A stretch of 63,997 nt of DNA, the filler included, from Basidiobolus ranarum (lineage: Eukaryota): the NCBI GenBank assembly GCA_040143965.1. It is 3 parts of 3 records of this genome, joined end to end, with 100 filler letters (N's around TTAATTAATTAA, not from the genome) between each part and the next. Parts side by side here need not be neighbours in the genome. Positions count along the whole stretch, not along the records: positions 22,812 to 45,464 come from JASJQH010000181.1; 2 more parts are not named here. One strand, 5' to 3'. A model generated the notes under the pieces. That model was not told the DNA's origin. It saw nothing but the letters and a program-made list of their open reading frames with translations, and made no database searches. Position 1 is the stretch's first letter. Each line of letters begins with the position of its first letter. Positions 24,980 to 37,122 of the stretch are shown one piece after another. Both the position numbers and the translations under genes were made by a program.

Positions 24980-27459
24980 TTATTCTTCATCGACTTGATC
25001 TAAGAGTCCAAAAAGACCACCAACCCGATATTTGGGTAGTTCGTTATCATCCTCTTCACTTGCAGAACATTCTGATTCAGATTGAGATATATATGGTGTT
25101 TTCTGTTTGGTTGGTTGAATTTGCGAAGCAGCATATCTTTCTGATGCAAAAAAACCGGGCGGTTTAAATGAGAGAATTATTCTACCGTCATTGGCAAAAC
25201 GTAACAATGTGTTTGCTACAAGAAAAAGATATCAAGAAAAGGATTTGATAACAATGACTGTCTAGCAATGCTAACCTGCTCTATAAACATCTGGACGTGC
25301 AGCCTTTGAGGTCAGGAATCCTCGTTGTAAAGCGAAGGCTAAATAGAGTCTCGATGAGATTGGAACAACATGGCACTCTAAGTAATTGACAAGATACCTT
25401 CGCAAATCTCCCAAGCAGACCATGGGGAATTTTCATCGTCTGGATGTTTGAGTGCAAGTATATATTCTACTGGGACTCGTTCAGCCTGATAAAACAAGGT
25501 GGAGTTAGGAGTTGATATCACAATCCAATAGCTTGCTGGAAATTTACCAAAAATTGAATGGCAGTATAAGGTTCCTGAACTTGAGCAATACTGTACATTC
25601 CGCTTAAGATCTAGTCGAATACAAAGGGTTAGAGTTGGATTCGTTATTATGAGAAACAGTTGTCTCAAATACCTGTAATGGTTTCGGTAAGAGACTAGGG
25701 AAAACAAGACCGGGGCAGTCGCAAAGTCGAATATTCTTTGTTAAATGAATTGTTTGGAAATGCTTTGTGTGACCTAATGTGAAAGTGTTAGTATAACATT
25801 TTATGAAGAAGATAAAAAATGGGTTACCTGGAGTTCTGCTAGTACTCACAACTGTACGCCCCATAATTCCGTTGATCAGAGTACTTTTACCAACATTAGG
25901 ATGGCCTAGGTAAATACAGCATTAATAAACTATATTATCCTGAAGAAATGCTATCCAGGCTTTACCAACTAATCCAAGGGTAATATATTCACTATTCGGG
26001 GATGTTTCCTGCTCGCTAATCGTGACATCTTCAACATTCTCAGCTAAAATCGATAGCACTTTAGTAAAATACTCTCCAACATTATTATTGCTTAACATAC
26101 ACAATTGAACTACGTCCTCTTCGTCATCGCTTGAGAATCCTTCTTCAACTTCCTCCAGAGTTTCTTCGTCGTATTGACGAATGATCTCATCCCAATTGAT
26201 TTCCACGTTCTTTTTTGTGATACTCACAGTGCGACAGGCTTTAAGCACATCTTTAATACCAAGAGCGCGAAATTTGCGTTTCACTGATTTACGCCCTTTA
26301 ACCTCTAACCAATAATGAGTTTAGAGGATTGAAACAAGATAGGCGTATTAATGTATTTACTCTGGTTAACGTCGTCAAGATCATCCTCACGTTTATAACT
26401 ACTAAATGAAGCTATATGAAGATCAGGAAATTGTTGTTGGAAATACTCTTTCCAGGCTTCTAGCGTGACCTCATTAATCAAGTCCACCTAAAATATTGTT
26501 CATTAACTCAACGATAACTAGTCTTGTACAATATAATTATAAGTACCTTGTTAAACACAAGCACTAAACTACGCTTAAGCTCGTTTACCACATAGCGGTA
26601 AAGTGCTGGGGGAAAATGTAGAACTGGATGTCGCGAGTCCACTACAATAAGGATGATATCACTAATCTCGATTACCCTCCAGCTATTATTAACTTCAGTT
26701 AGATACGATGCTCTAGAATTAACATTATCAGAATAAATTTACAGTTGCCGCCAGACTTCCAAGTTGTGTTCGAAGAAACTAAGCTGATCGACCTGAAATT
26801 CGGAGTAAATCTTATTTAGCCAATCCTCAAAATATTCCTTTTCACGAGCTTCTAATGCCTCTTTGGACATCCGATAGTCCCAAGTTGGTCTTTTAGGGAA
26901 ATCTAGAATAGTGGGGTAAGTCTTTTCCAAAGATACCTCTAAGGCTTCCTAGAGTAATAATTATGTCAATGCTGATAATTTCAAATTCTTGTCTTCAACA
27001 GCATACCTTTGGAAGCCTTACAAGCGGCTGCATAGACGCCTCTTTGTTAATTTTTATCTGTGCTTGAGACATTTTCTCAAACACCGAACGAAGCCTAGGT
27101 TAGTTTAAGGTCGGTTAGTAAATTGAGAGTATTCTGAATAAAAATCGAGTCACTGACTTGTTTGGAGTAGGTTCTTTAGAACGAGAATTTCTAGATTTAT
27201 CAGCACCTTTCTTCTTCCCATTGAAAACCTTTTCTTCTTCTTCATCATCAAAGTTCGATTCGGTGTGGGTTATCTCCTTCTCTTGCTCTATAGGGAGTAT
27301 CAAGGGAAAAGGTAAGTTGAATTTCAATCGGAAAGAATAGTCCAGTTTCAGAAACGCACCTTCATCTGAGTTCCCTTGTTCACGTTTACGTGCTCTTTTT
27401 TCTTGAAGTTGAGTTTTCTTTTGTTTAGCACTGAAAGGTATACCACGCCTTTGTTTCAT
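24980..27459 (-). CDS. GNL1: Circularly permuted GTPase, GNL1/LSG1 family, multi-exon
   Basis: PFSAKQKKTQLQEKR N-terminus, FEHNLEVWRQL, NK|VDL (G4), GLVG|HPNVGKST (G1), VSTSRTPG|HTKHFQT and LCDCPGLVFP (G3). Confidence 0.9.
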
Positions 27460-28188
27460 TTTTGAGTAATATACACGGTGGTTCTTGGTTATTATCTAAT
27501 TGCTTAGTACGCTACTGGAGGCTTTTAAGTATAAAAATATAATTTCATCATTCAGATCTAACAACTAGGAACCCTCGAGTGTATTTGATGAATTCATCAT
27601 TGTTTCGGCTCAAAAAGAGATTATTTGCATTTCATGCAGTAAATATATATTTGGTAAGTGCATCATCTGCAGCCTAGCATTTCTTGGTGCCAAAAACAAT
27701 TTTGGGGTATAGAAGATGTTGAATGACACAATAATAGAAGCAATATTCAATGCGCTGCCAACATAATAATATTAAATTCAAAGTGTGCTAGGATCATTTG
27801 AGCAGCTATTGGCAAATGAACACAACAATCTAACTTTAAGGAAGTAGCCTGCTTGACGCTAATTCAGATCAAAGCCAATATCTTTAAAGTGCTTGTGCCC
27901 CATTTAGGATCACGACTAAAATTTAATGACGTTGCAAATTAATCACAAGGTGACTATTCTCGATGACATAAGTAGTTAGCTGACAGAGAGCATTTATGGG
28001 TAAGATGACGAGCAGTGATGTAGACATAATATAGAATATCCTATTACCAAGGATTTGGATTACTTGGCGATTTCGAAGTCAGTATAAATATCGAACTCAA
28101 TGCCTTCTGTTCTTCAGACATTCAATCGACTTTTCATATACAGTTACCCTAAGAAACTCCCTTTTAACACTTTGTACAAACAGTTAAC

Positions 28189-30366
28189 ATGAATAACTTT
28201 GATTCAACACGCCCATCTGATGACCGCTCTCAAGATTTCCAATCGAACCCCATCACTTCTGGTTCTGTTCAACAACGTGCTACAGATCCTTCCTTTGTAA
28301 ATACTCCTGAATTCGGACTTGACTCCCTAAACCGTGACAAATCTACTCTGGAAACCTCCGCACATAACATCCTACCGGGTCATGATCATTCGAAACCACT
28401 CTATAATGAACAAGATTCATTTGTCAATATCCCAGGATCTTTCCCTGGAGACCGTAGTTCTAATAAGAACGAAGGACTCGCTGGCCTCAACAGTGGCAAT
28501 CTCACACATGACAGTCAACACAGAGCTAACCCCGATGTGTCGACTACTCTTCACAGTGCCAAGGACACTATTGGTGCTGATATTGGAAGCAATAATCAAT
28601 ACGCAAGAAACATCAAAACCACTGGCCTCTACGACCACACAAATACACCTGATAGAGTAAACCCAGATGTGTCAGCAACTCTCCAAGGCACTAAGAACAC
28701 TATCGGTGCCGATCTTGGAAGCAACAACCCTTTTAACAACCAGCATGATCACCTAGTAGATAGTGGTCTCTATGACATATCTAGTGCTAACCGGGGCAAC
28801 CACGATATAGACCAACTGACTCATGATATTAATCGCACCTCCTTTGATGATAAATCCGCTCAAGATATGGAGCATCTACAACAACGCAGTGGACTAGGAG
28901 CCAACGACGATATCAGTACTCGTGCAATGCACAATGTTCCCATGGTCTCTAGCCACCCAGCATCAAATCCTTTCAGCCCCAATGACAGCCTCAGTGGCAG
29001 AAATGAAAGCACTCTGAACGAGTTTGAACATGATGGAAACACTGGCCTTGGCTCCACAGTTGACCGTCAAATCAATGAATACAAACGTGACATTAGTAAT
29101 CCCGCTGAGCACACCAGCGTGGCCAGTGAGCTTGGAAGATCTAGTGAATCTGGAGCCAACTCAGGGTTAGACTCCAACACCTACAGTGATACGCATCATT
29201 CCAGTCATCTAGAAAACGTTCTTGGTTCAGGTGCTACTAGTGGAATGGCAAGTGGTGCACCAATTCTTCCTATGTATCAAGAAAGTAGCACACACAGAGA
29301 TAGCGCAGTTGACAGAAACTTCGGAAGCAATACTAATAACCCCATTTCATCTGACAACCACGAAACAATCAAACCACACTATGATGAGCTTACAACTGAA
29401 GACGTATTAATTGACAGCTATGGCAACCCATCACGTAGGCCAAACCCTACAGGTAAGAAGCTTGCTGAATCTAACGATATTACCAATATTACCGGTCACA
29501 TCAACCATAAAAATCAAAATCCAATTTCCGAGCATAGTGACAAAAATGAACTTACAACTGAAGAAGTTCTGACTGATAGCTTCGGCAATCCATCACGTAA
29601 GACAAACCCTATAGCCCCCAAGCTGGTAGAGTCTAACGAAATTACTGATATAACCGGGCATGATCAAACAGAGCACAGAAATTTTGACAGCCACAGTGAC
29701 TACACTTTCAATCCCACTAATCCACAATCGGACCAGCCTCATGGGGTTTCTGGGGTACTCAATGTAGCTCACAGCCATGATGATTCACTTGCTCCTTCGT
29801 TGCAATCTTCAACCAACCCACAACCTGATACTTTTCCACAAGGAGGGGCTAGCACTACCGGAGCTACTGATCATCTTTACCGTAACCTCCATACCATTAC
29901 AACTCCAACCTCGAATATAACTGATGCTAACACCTCCAACTTGGGAGGTGACAGTAGAACTCTCGGTGACTCCTCTCATGTCGATTCAAATGATCTACCA
30001 AGCACTGATCGCAACAAGGCTCGTCATGATAATCTTTCTAAAGCAGTAACTTTGAAAGACAACGACTCTAAAAGTGATGAGCTAAAAAATACTCACCATC
30101 ATAATTTAGCCACTTTACCCTCCAATTCAACTCACAACGATAATGGGCTAAGTGATGAAACCAACAACACTGCTATACACCATGATGAATCTACTGAGGC
30201 TACCACAGGAACTGCTTCTGCATTGGGCAATATTATTATGGGCAAGATTAAGCAAGTAGCAGGGTCAATTCTAGGCAATGAAGATATGAAAGCCGAAGGC
30301 TATACTACACAAATCGAAGCCAAACGCGACCTTCAAGAAGCGAGAGACATGCATACTCGCGATTAA
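28189..30366 (+). CDS. Hydrophilic repeat protein with C-terminal CsbD-like motif (paralogue B), intronless
   Basis: 725-aa ORF with internal duplicated blocks (NPDVS.TL...K.TIGAD.GSNN x2; ELTTE.VL.DS.GNPSR x2) and GKIKQVAGSILGNEDMKAEG; TATAAATA at 28083. Confidence 0.85.
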   Translation: MNNFDSTRPSDDRSQDFQSNPITSGSVQQRATDPSFVNTPEFGLDSLNRDKSTLETSAHNILPGHDHSKPLYNEQDSFVNIPGSFPGDRSSNKNEGLAGLNSGNLTHDSQHRANPDVSTTLHSAKDTIGADIGSNNQYARNIKTTGLYDHTNTPDRVNPDVSATLQGTKNTIGADLGSNNPFNNQHDHLVDSGLYDISSANRGNHDIDQLTHDINRTSFDDKSAQDMEHLQQRSGLGANDDISTRAMHNVPMVSSHPASNPFSPNDSLSGRNESTLNEFEHDGNTGLGSTVDRQINEYKRDISNPAEHTSVASELGRSSESGANSGLDSNTYSDTHHSSHLENVLGSGATSGMASGAPILPMYQESSTHRDSAVDRNFGSNTNNPISSDNHETIKPHYDELTTEDVLIDSYGNPSRRPNPTGKKLAESNDITNITGHINHKNQNPISEHSDKNELTTEEVLTDSFGNPSRKTNPIAPKLVESNEITDITGHDQTEHRNFDSHSDYTFNPTNPQSDQPHGVSGVLNVAHSHDDSLAPSLQSSTNPQPDTFPQGGASTTGATDHLYRNLHTITTPTSNITDANTSNLGGDSRTLGDSSHVDSNDLPSTDRNKARHDNLSKAVTLKDNDSKSDELKNTHHHNLATLPSNSTHNDNGLSDETNNTAIHHDESTEATTGTASALGNIIMGKIKQVAGSILGNEDMKAEGYTTQIEAKRDLQEARDMHTRD

Positions 30367-30571
30367 ATTTCTTTACATAGTTATTTTTTGTATAGTTTTA
30401 AGCAGCTGTAACTACGAATATCCCTTTTGATTTTTATGCACTGATTTTAAAAACTTTGCTTTGAATAAAAGCAATTTCATTACCGTATATTCTAACAAAT
30501 AAGTTCGTTTACTAAAATGATATTTTTTACTCTCTACATTATCTGCTTGTGAAATTTTAGGAAGTAATATA

Positions 30572-30692
30572 AACCACTTGTAAGTGGCTAGGAAAAATTG
30601 AACAACTCTCTGGGATGTTCCCCCTCCACGGAAATCTTTAGTAAAAGGCGAAAGATTTATCCGACATGATGAAGAGGAAACGAGAGTGAAAC
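30572..30692 (-). ncRNA. U5: U5 spliceosomal snRNA, copy 1
   Basis: Reverse complement contains AAATCTTTCGCCTTTTACTAAAGATTTCCGTGGAG (invariant loop I GCCUUUUAC in stem Ic, as in metazoan U5), stems ACTCTC/GAGAGT, an AAUUUUU Sm site and a 3' hairpin GCCACT/AGTGGT. Ends are approximate. Confidence 0.92.
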
Positions 30693-31137
30693 ATAAATTA
30701 CTCGAAACATCCTCAGTGATTTATATGCTCCACACTGCTATTGAAATTATGGGTTTCCATAACTCATGGTATATAGATGTAGGATTGTAATTCAATATTT
30801 TAGGCGTACAAGACCATCATAGCGTTCACCATAATTTAAATCATTGATAAATCGGATGTTTTAGGTGGTATATTACTCAACATTTATCAGAGTGAAGTGG
30901 TTATACTTGTCATTTTTTCTACATCTAGCCATCATCGGGAGTACATCGAATTTTGTTTTAGTTTACATTGATTCATTTATGTGTTATGTTAGAGTAAATA
31001 AGCTTAGGGCATTGGTGAATACTAAAAAAATTTAAAAACAATTCTATAATTTGCGTTAAAGTTACTTAGGTAGGCATATATCATACACGTCGTGTTATTG
31101 TAACATTACTTGGACATTCGGTTTTTTGAAATAAGTA

Positions 31138-31263
31138 AGCTACTCTATGAAGAGTAGCAAGGAAAAAATTGAACAACTCTCTTGAATGCTCCCCCTCCAC
31201 GGAAATCTTTAGTAAAAGGCGAAAGATTTATCCGACATAATGAAGAGGAAACGAGAGTGAAAC
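31138..31263 (-). ncRNA. U5: U5 snRNA, copy 2
   Basis: Same core as copy 1; 3' hairpin GCTACTCT/AGAGTAGC. Confidence 0.92.
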
Positions 31264-31851
31264 ATATCTAAAAACGATGATGTTTCAAGTAATTTATATT
31301 GCCCATAGATTCCAAACTATTATGGGTTTCAATAAATTTAGTATTATAACTATTGTCATCAATTTTTTCAATTACTAATGCATGTCAAAAAGAAATGTAA
31401 ATATATTTAAGCATTCAAAAAAGGATATTCCGATTTGAACGTTAGAATTTTAGACGTTCTTGGAACAAATCAATCTATCTTCTGCATAAATTCACAAGTT
31501 ATATTTACTCTTTTACTATGTATATATGATACAAGTTAATAATGATGAGTTAGTCGTGTTGGTCCTGGTTGATTTTTTTCTAAATGATATAATTGCAACT
31601 AATACATATTCATCTATGGCTATAGAAGCGATAAGTTCATTAAAATCAGAAGTTTTAGTTTGGGATGGATAAATAGGAATAAGCTGTAGTGAATGAAGAT
31701 AAAATAGATGAACTACTTGTTTCTTTTCACTAACCCCCTACATGATATACACGCTTTTTCCGGCTGTATCCATCGCGCTGTCCGAATTAACATCACTTTT
31801 AAAAGCATATGCTCATGGGACTATGGTATGCTTGTTATTTTACAGTAAATA

Positions 31852-31977
31852 AGCTACTCTATGAAGAGCAGCAAGGAAAAAATTGGACAGCTCTCTTGAA
31901 TGTCCCCCCTCCACGGAAATCTTTAGTAAAAGGCGAAAGATTTATCCGAATCAATGAAGAGGAAACGAGAGTGATAC
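31852..31977 (-). ncRNA. U5: U5 snRNA, copy 3
   Basis: Same core; 3' hairpin GCTGCTCT/AGAGTAGC; promoter spacing is shortened. Confidence 0.88.
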
Positions 31978-33015
31978 GATGCTATGGAGGAAGGTTCGAT
32001 AATTATATAGATATGAAGATTTTATGGGTGTTGTTACAATTTATGATGATCCCAGAGTAATAGATTTATCTAACAATAGATCAGGTGCCACCTGTATCCT
32101 ATATCTGCAACAAAATACTTTAATTAAACTACGCACTCAACCTAGGAGATAAGCGACGCCCCTTCTTTCGAAGCATTTGTGACCCCTCTTGTAAGTTTAG
32201 TGAGCCATTCTTTCTTATCACAGGAGGTCAAAACCAATTCATATTATACTCGGATTGCATTCTAGCGAAACCTCTGAAAGTTGCGACTGATTCCAGGGAA
32301 GAGCATGGCCTTTCTCCCCAAAGAAAAGGATATGCGGGGGTAACTCAATCAATTCCTCAGTCATCCCATCTATAAATCTCGGTATTAACAGTCTCACTAT
32401 AAGCAGTGTTCCAATAGGAAACAATCTACATTCAACTATCTCCTTATTAAGCAACTTGACTGCATGTTTAAATTTACTAGATTCACCTGGTGTGCCCCTT
32501 GGAAAACCTTGTCAGAACAATAACTACGATCACTAAATTGAACTCTACAGAATCTGCTGAACCTGAATCAAGGTGGAAGGGTGGCCACTAAAGTATATAT
32601 AGGATCGACAAGAAGGACCATAAGCAAAAGAAAGGAGAGAAACGTCCAGCAAAGTTAACTTCGAAGTCTCCTTTCTAAAAAGTCTTCTGCTACCTTTATA
32701 TTAGTGAGCACGACACTTTACTTTTGGCTACACCAAATCCCATACAGACCTTTGATTCCTTTTCTCACCGACTTGCTGATAGCAATAGTCGAGGTGATTT
32801 GTTTCGTTTCGGTGTCAACTGAGTCTTTTTGATTTTACAGTAAGTGTATCAACTTGAACCTTTGGTGACATAGAATACTAACAACAACTAGTATTATTTA
32901 TACCCAACCAGGGACAAACATCGAATATACCTCTTTTCCAGCTTCAGAGCACTCCCCTTTTGATTTTTGCCCGCTAGATAGGATAGTTTACAAGGCGTGC
33001 GGACAGTACTTAATC

Positions 33016-35782
33016 ATGACAGCTGGTCTTGTCGAGCACTCTAGTTCAGAAAATTCTACTGACAATACGCCTATTGTCCCAACCATATTTTATAGTGAGA
33101 TGTTTCCCCATTTAATCGAACCAAAGAGAGAGAAGAGGCCTAGTAGTCTGTTTCGATTTCAGCTCTCATCTCATTCCAAATCCGGAAAGTCAAACTCCAC
33201 CAAGTCATCACCATCTGCACCCACCAATTCATCGGAATTTGAAAAGCCGTTGACCTTTGTAGACTCAGAAATAGAAAGTATGGATGGTGAGGATACCGAA
33301 GAAGACGCCATAGATAAATTAGCCAAGGAGTTGTTTTTACAAACGGAAGAGATGAAGATTAGCGAAGTTGCGGAGATTTTAGGAAAACCGTAAGTAACAG
33401 GAAGTTATTCCATCTGCCTTATGGGTTCTAATCTTCTGGTTGAAAAAATTAGTGGTAAATGGAGTCAGGATCTTTTACGCAAGTATATGGGTCATTTTAA
33501 TTTCACTGGAATGAGATTAGAGCAAGCTTTTAGGTAAGAGATGAATTGTCGTTGTCTTCAAATGGAATAAGATGATTGACTGGTTCAACGTTTAGATTCT
33601 TCTGCTCCCATTTATTCCTACACGGTGAGTCCCAAATGATTGATCGAATTTTAAGCGCCTTCGCCGAGCGATACTGGACGTGCAATCGAGATCGGAACAT
33701 TCCTGACTGGGGCAAGTATTTACATGAACCACTATTAACGGGTTAAAGTCAACTAATATCGTACATCTAGATGTCCTCTATACCATCGTATACTCGGTAT
33801 TATTATTGAATACAGATCTACATGTGGCACAAAATAACCATAAAATCAGTAAAAATGAGTTTGTCAAAAATACCTTGGCTACCATTAAAGCGTCTTCTCG
33901 TCGGTGTCAACCCAACGAAGATAATGAAAGTGCCTCTGAAGTTAGCTCCTTAAACTCCTCGCATGCCTATAGCGATACTGAGCAAGCGAGTATGTACTCG
34001 TCATCTGGTAGATCCAGCTTTCGAGAAGAGTCTATAAGTGAACTGTTAAAAGTAAATCCACAATTGTTACTGTTTCATGGCTTCATTACTGATCAGTCGT
34101 TTATTAGGAAATGTATTCTTCGATTAAGCATACTCAAATACCACAGCCCAATTCTAAGTTAAACTCCTACAGTCCGGTCACTTCTTCCTTTGGTGCTTTC
34201 AAATTTCAGAGATCCAAATCAAGCGCAAGTTCCAAATTGAGTAGATCTAAAAAACGAAATGACTCGTTATGTTCAGACCCTTTGAGTGTAAGTAAGCTGA
34301 TAAAGCTCTCCAATACTCATCCCACTTGCTAATTTACACATTAAAATTTAGATAAATGAGGATACTTCGTGTCGAAGCTCCACTCAGTTGAGTCGCTCCA
34401 CAACCTACAGTGATATTGAGGGAAGTTTGGTTGATGATACTGAAGATATACCAAAACGTAATGGTGTTACTTTGTCTACAGTTGACGAGGAAAACGTCAA
34501 ATACACTAAACTAGGTCATGTAACACGTAAACATTTATTTGAAAGAGCGGGTAAGAAAGCCTCTAATAGACAGTGGAGGGATTGCTTTGCTGTGGTTGAT
34601 AAAGGGGAATTTCGAATGTATAAAGCTGGGAAAAGTGGAAAACTTGGCGCTGAAGTTTTAGATGAAGGAAGCAGTCAATTGGGTAGAGTGTCGTTACGCC
34701 ATACATTAACATCAGGTCTTCCACCTCCAGGACATTCTTCTTCTCGTCCATACGTATTTGCTTTGCAATTAAGTCACGGTGGTGTTTATCTGTTTCAAGT
34801 TAGGAGCAGCGAAGAAGTTCATGAATGGGTCAGAATATGTAATTTTTGGGCAGCTAAAGAGAGCAAAGAGCCTTTACCTGGAGCAGTGTCGAATCTTGAC
34901 TATGGATGGGGCTCTGATCAATCAGTATGGGCACAAGGTATCAAGGATGCCGACTCCACCAAAGAATCAGCCTCAGTTGGCTCAAAGTTTGAAGATCACA
35001 TTGGGTTGCATGATTGGACTGAACCATCTAACCCTATGGTACAATCTGGGTTGAACAAGGTAAAGATTGGAAGCTTGGCCACTACGAGATAATGAAACTA
35101 ACGTCGTTCTTGTATCTTTGTGAACATAATCTAGACCCAGCAATACAATTCTTTAGCAAGACATGTATCAGAATTGGAATACGAACTGGAGAAACATATG
35201 AGTTTTCACTCAGTTTTACAAATTCGAGTAAGTTGGACTAAATTCTATACCGACCTATTGCAATGAATACTCATCAAACACACTCTTCAGTTTTCTCCAA
35301 ATTCAAGTAACATGGCCAAAGCATTCTCTAGTTGGGAGCGCAAATCCCAGTATATTTTACATGAACTAATCAAGTATCAGACATATGTTGATTGTCTTCG
35401 GAGTGAGGTACCTAGTAATGTGGAGGTGGATTCCAACGGTGGGAGTTTCATGTGCACTCCATCCGTAAATCCCTTGAACTCAAAAGAAGTAATTGAAAAA
35501 CAGTGCGAATTTAGAAAAACTTCTCAAAAGCCGAGTGGTCAAAATATAACCTGTTCAGAATCGAATCCATTAGAGAAAGTGTTGAAGTTTTCGAGAGACC
35601 ATAACATAAATGAAACATCCTCCCTTTCAAATGCCCCAGTATATTCCACCACCTTCCCCCAGAACGAAGTTAAAAGAGGAATTCTATCTGACAAACAAAA
35701 AGCTAGCTTAATGGGTGACACTGCATTGATGAAAGAACCAAGGAAAGACATCGGCAACCTTGATAATGCTGTATTTGCATGA
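33016..35782 (+). CDS. Sec7 + PH domain Arf guanine-nucleotide exchange factor (EFA6/PSD/Yel1-like), multi-exon
   Basis: FNFTGMRLEQAFR|FFCSHLFLHGESQMIDRILSAFAERYW and DVLYTIVYSVLLLNTDLH (Sec7); GHVTRKH...RQWRDCFAVV...RPYVFALQL...EWVRICNFWAA (PH); WERKSQYILHELIKYQTY helix. Confidence 0.92.
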
Positions 35783-35970
35783 CAAAATAAACATTAGTTA
35801 ATCCAGATTTTCACTCAAGAATGCAACTCGTATTGTGTTGGATTTTGATTCATGCAAATACATATATGGTATAGTAAATCCTTTGGCAGATAAATAATTT
35901 ATGCATATACCCATAGGTTTAAAATACTGCTGAGAATCAATAAATAGTGACTGATGTGGTGATGATAGAT

Positions 35971-36096
35971 GTATCACTCTCGTTTCCTCTTCATTATGTC
36001 GGATAAATCTTTCGCCTTTTACTAAAGATTTCCGTGGAGGGGGAGCATCCAAGAGAGTTGTCCAATTTTTTTCTTGCCACTTCTCACGGGGCGGCT
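35971..36096 (+). ncRNA. U5: U5 snRNA, copy 4
   Basis: TCACTCTCGTTTCCTCTTCA...AAATCTTTCGCCTTTTACTAAAGATTTCCGTGGAGGGGGAGC...AATTTTTTTC, then hairpin GCCACTTC/GGGGCGGC. Confidence 0.92.
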
Positions 36097-36459
36097 TACT
36101 TACTACAAACACCAAAACTATTACTTTCCAAAGGCTTAATCGCTACTTTAAGAATCGAACATAGGCAGTACTGTGAGTTATCGACTACTGAGTTTCTGAT
36201 TCACTCAGAAACCTTAACATTATTTCTACTTCACTGATGTAGAGCAGTATACAAGTTAAAGAGAATGAAATCATTGGAGTTGCTTTTTTGCCAGTGTTTT
36301 TCCTTATTGATGAATAAGCAGACTCCTCAACACGTGACTCTTATCGATCGTTACCATAGAAGAAAAGATGATGTAAACTATCAAAGAAAATTTATCCAAA
36401 CCCACAATTTTAGTGATTCTGTAAAGTGTATAAATTATTGGAGGTATCGTTGGTAATAT

Positions 36460-36585
36460 GCATCACTCTCGTTTCCTCTTCATTGATTCGGATAAATCTT
36501 TCGCCTTTTACTAAAGATTTCCGTGGAGGGGGAACATTCAAGAGAGTTGTTCAATTTTTTCTTTGCTACTCTTCATGGAGTAGCT
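36460..36585 (+). ncRNA. U5: U5 snRNA, copy 5
   Basis: Same core; 3' hairpin GCTACTCT/GGAGTAGC. Confidence 0.92.
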
Positions 36586-36929
36586 TACTTACTTCAAAAA
36601 ACCGAATACTAAAGCAGTACCAATCGTATATGTATGTCGTGTATGAAATATACCTCTATATGATCCTTTAATATAGATCTTAGTTAGCAGGACCTGAGCA
36701 ATATAGATAATGGTTGAGAGAAAGTAAAGTCGTAGATTATCAGTCGCTACAACTTTGTTTAAAAAAATCCTCTAAAATTTCAACAACCCTTTTTCTTCTT
36801 CAGCTTGACGAAACTCTACCACAAGTTTTGGAAACGTTTTTACATTCCTTTTTAACACTCCCTAGTGCTTTTTAAAATTCAATAAATTTTTAAAAAAAAT
36901 ATATGGTATCCGTTGTGATGATAAATTCA

Positions 36930-36968
36930 GAAACCCATAATATTATGAAACCAATAAACCATATAAAT
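36930..36968 (+). promoter_or_regulatory. Candidate snRNA promoter (upstream element GAAACCCATAAT plus TATA-like ATATAAAT) of copy 6; equivalents precede all eight full copies
   Basis: The motif recurs at about -60 with a TATA-like box 25-27 bp after the CCC in copies 1, 2, 4, 5, 6, 8 and 9, while the intervening sequence diverges. Confidence 0.75.
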
Positions 36969-36996
36969 CACTTGAAACATCCTCTTAGAAAGTCAT

Positions 36997-37122
36997 GTTT
37001 CACTCTCGTTTCTTCTTCATCATGTCGGATAAATCTTTCGCCTTTTACTAAAGATTTCCGTGGAGGGGGAACATTCAAGGGAGTTGTTGAATTTTTTCCT
37101 TGCTACTCTTCATAGAGTAGCT
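36997..37122 (+). ncRNA. U5: U5 snRNA, copy 6
   Basis: Same core; 3' hairpin GCTACTCT/AGAGTAGC. Confidence 0.92.

Noticed and set aside
25340-25397. GNL1 intron with donor GTATCTTG as a second U12 candidate
   Set aside because: No CCTTAAC-like branch point near the acceptor.
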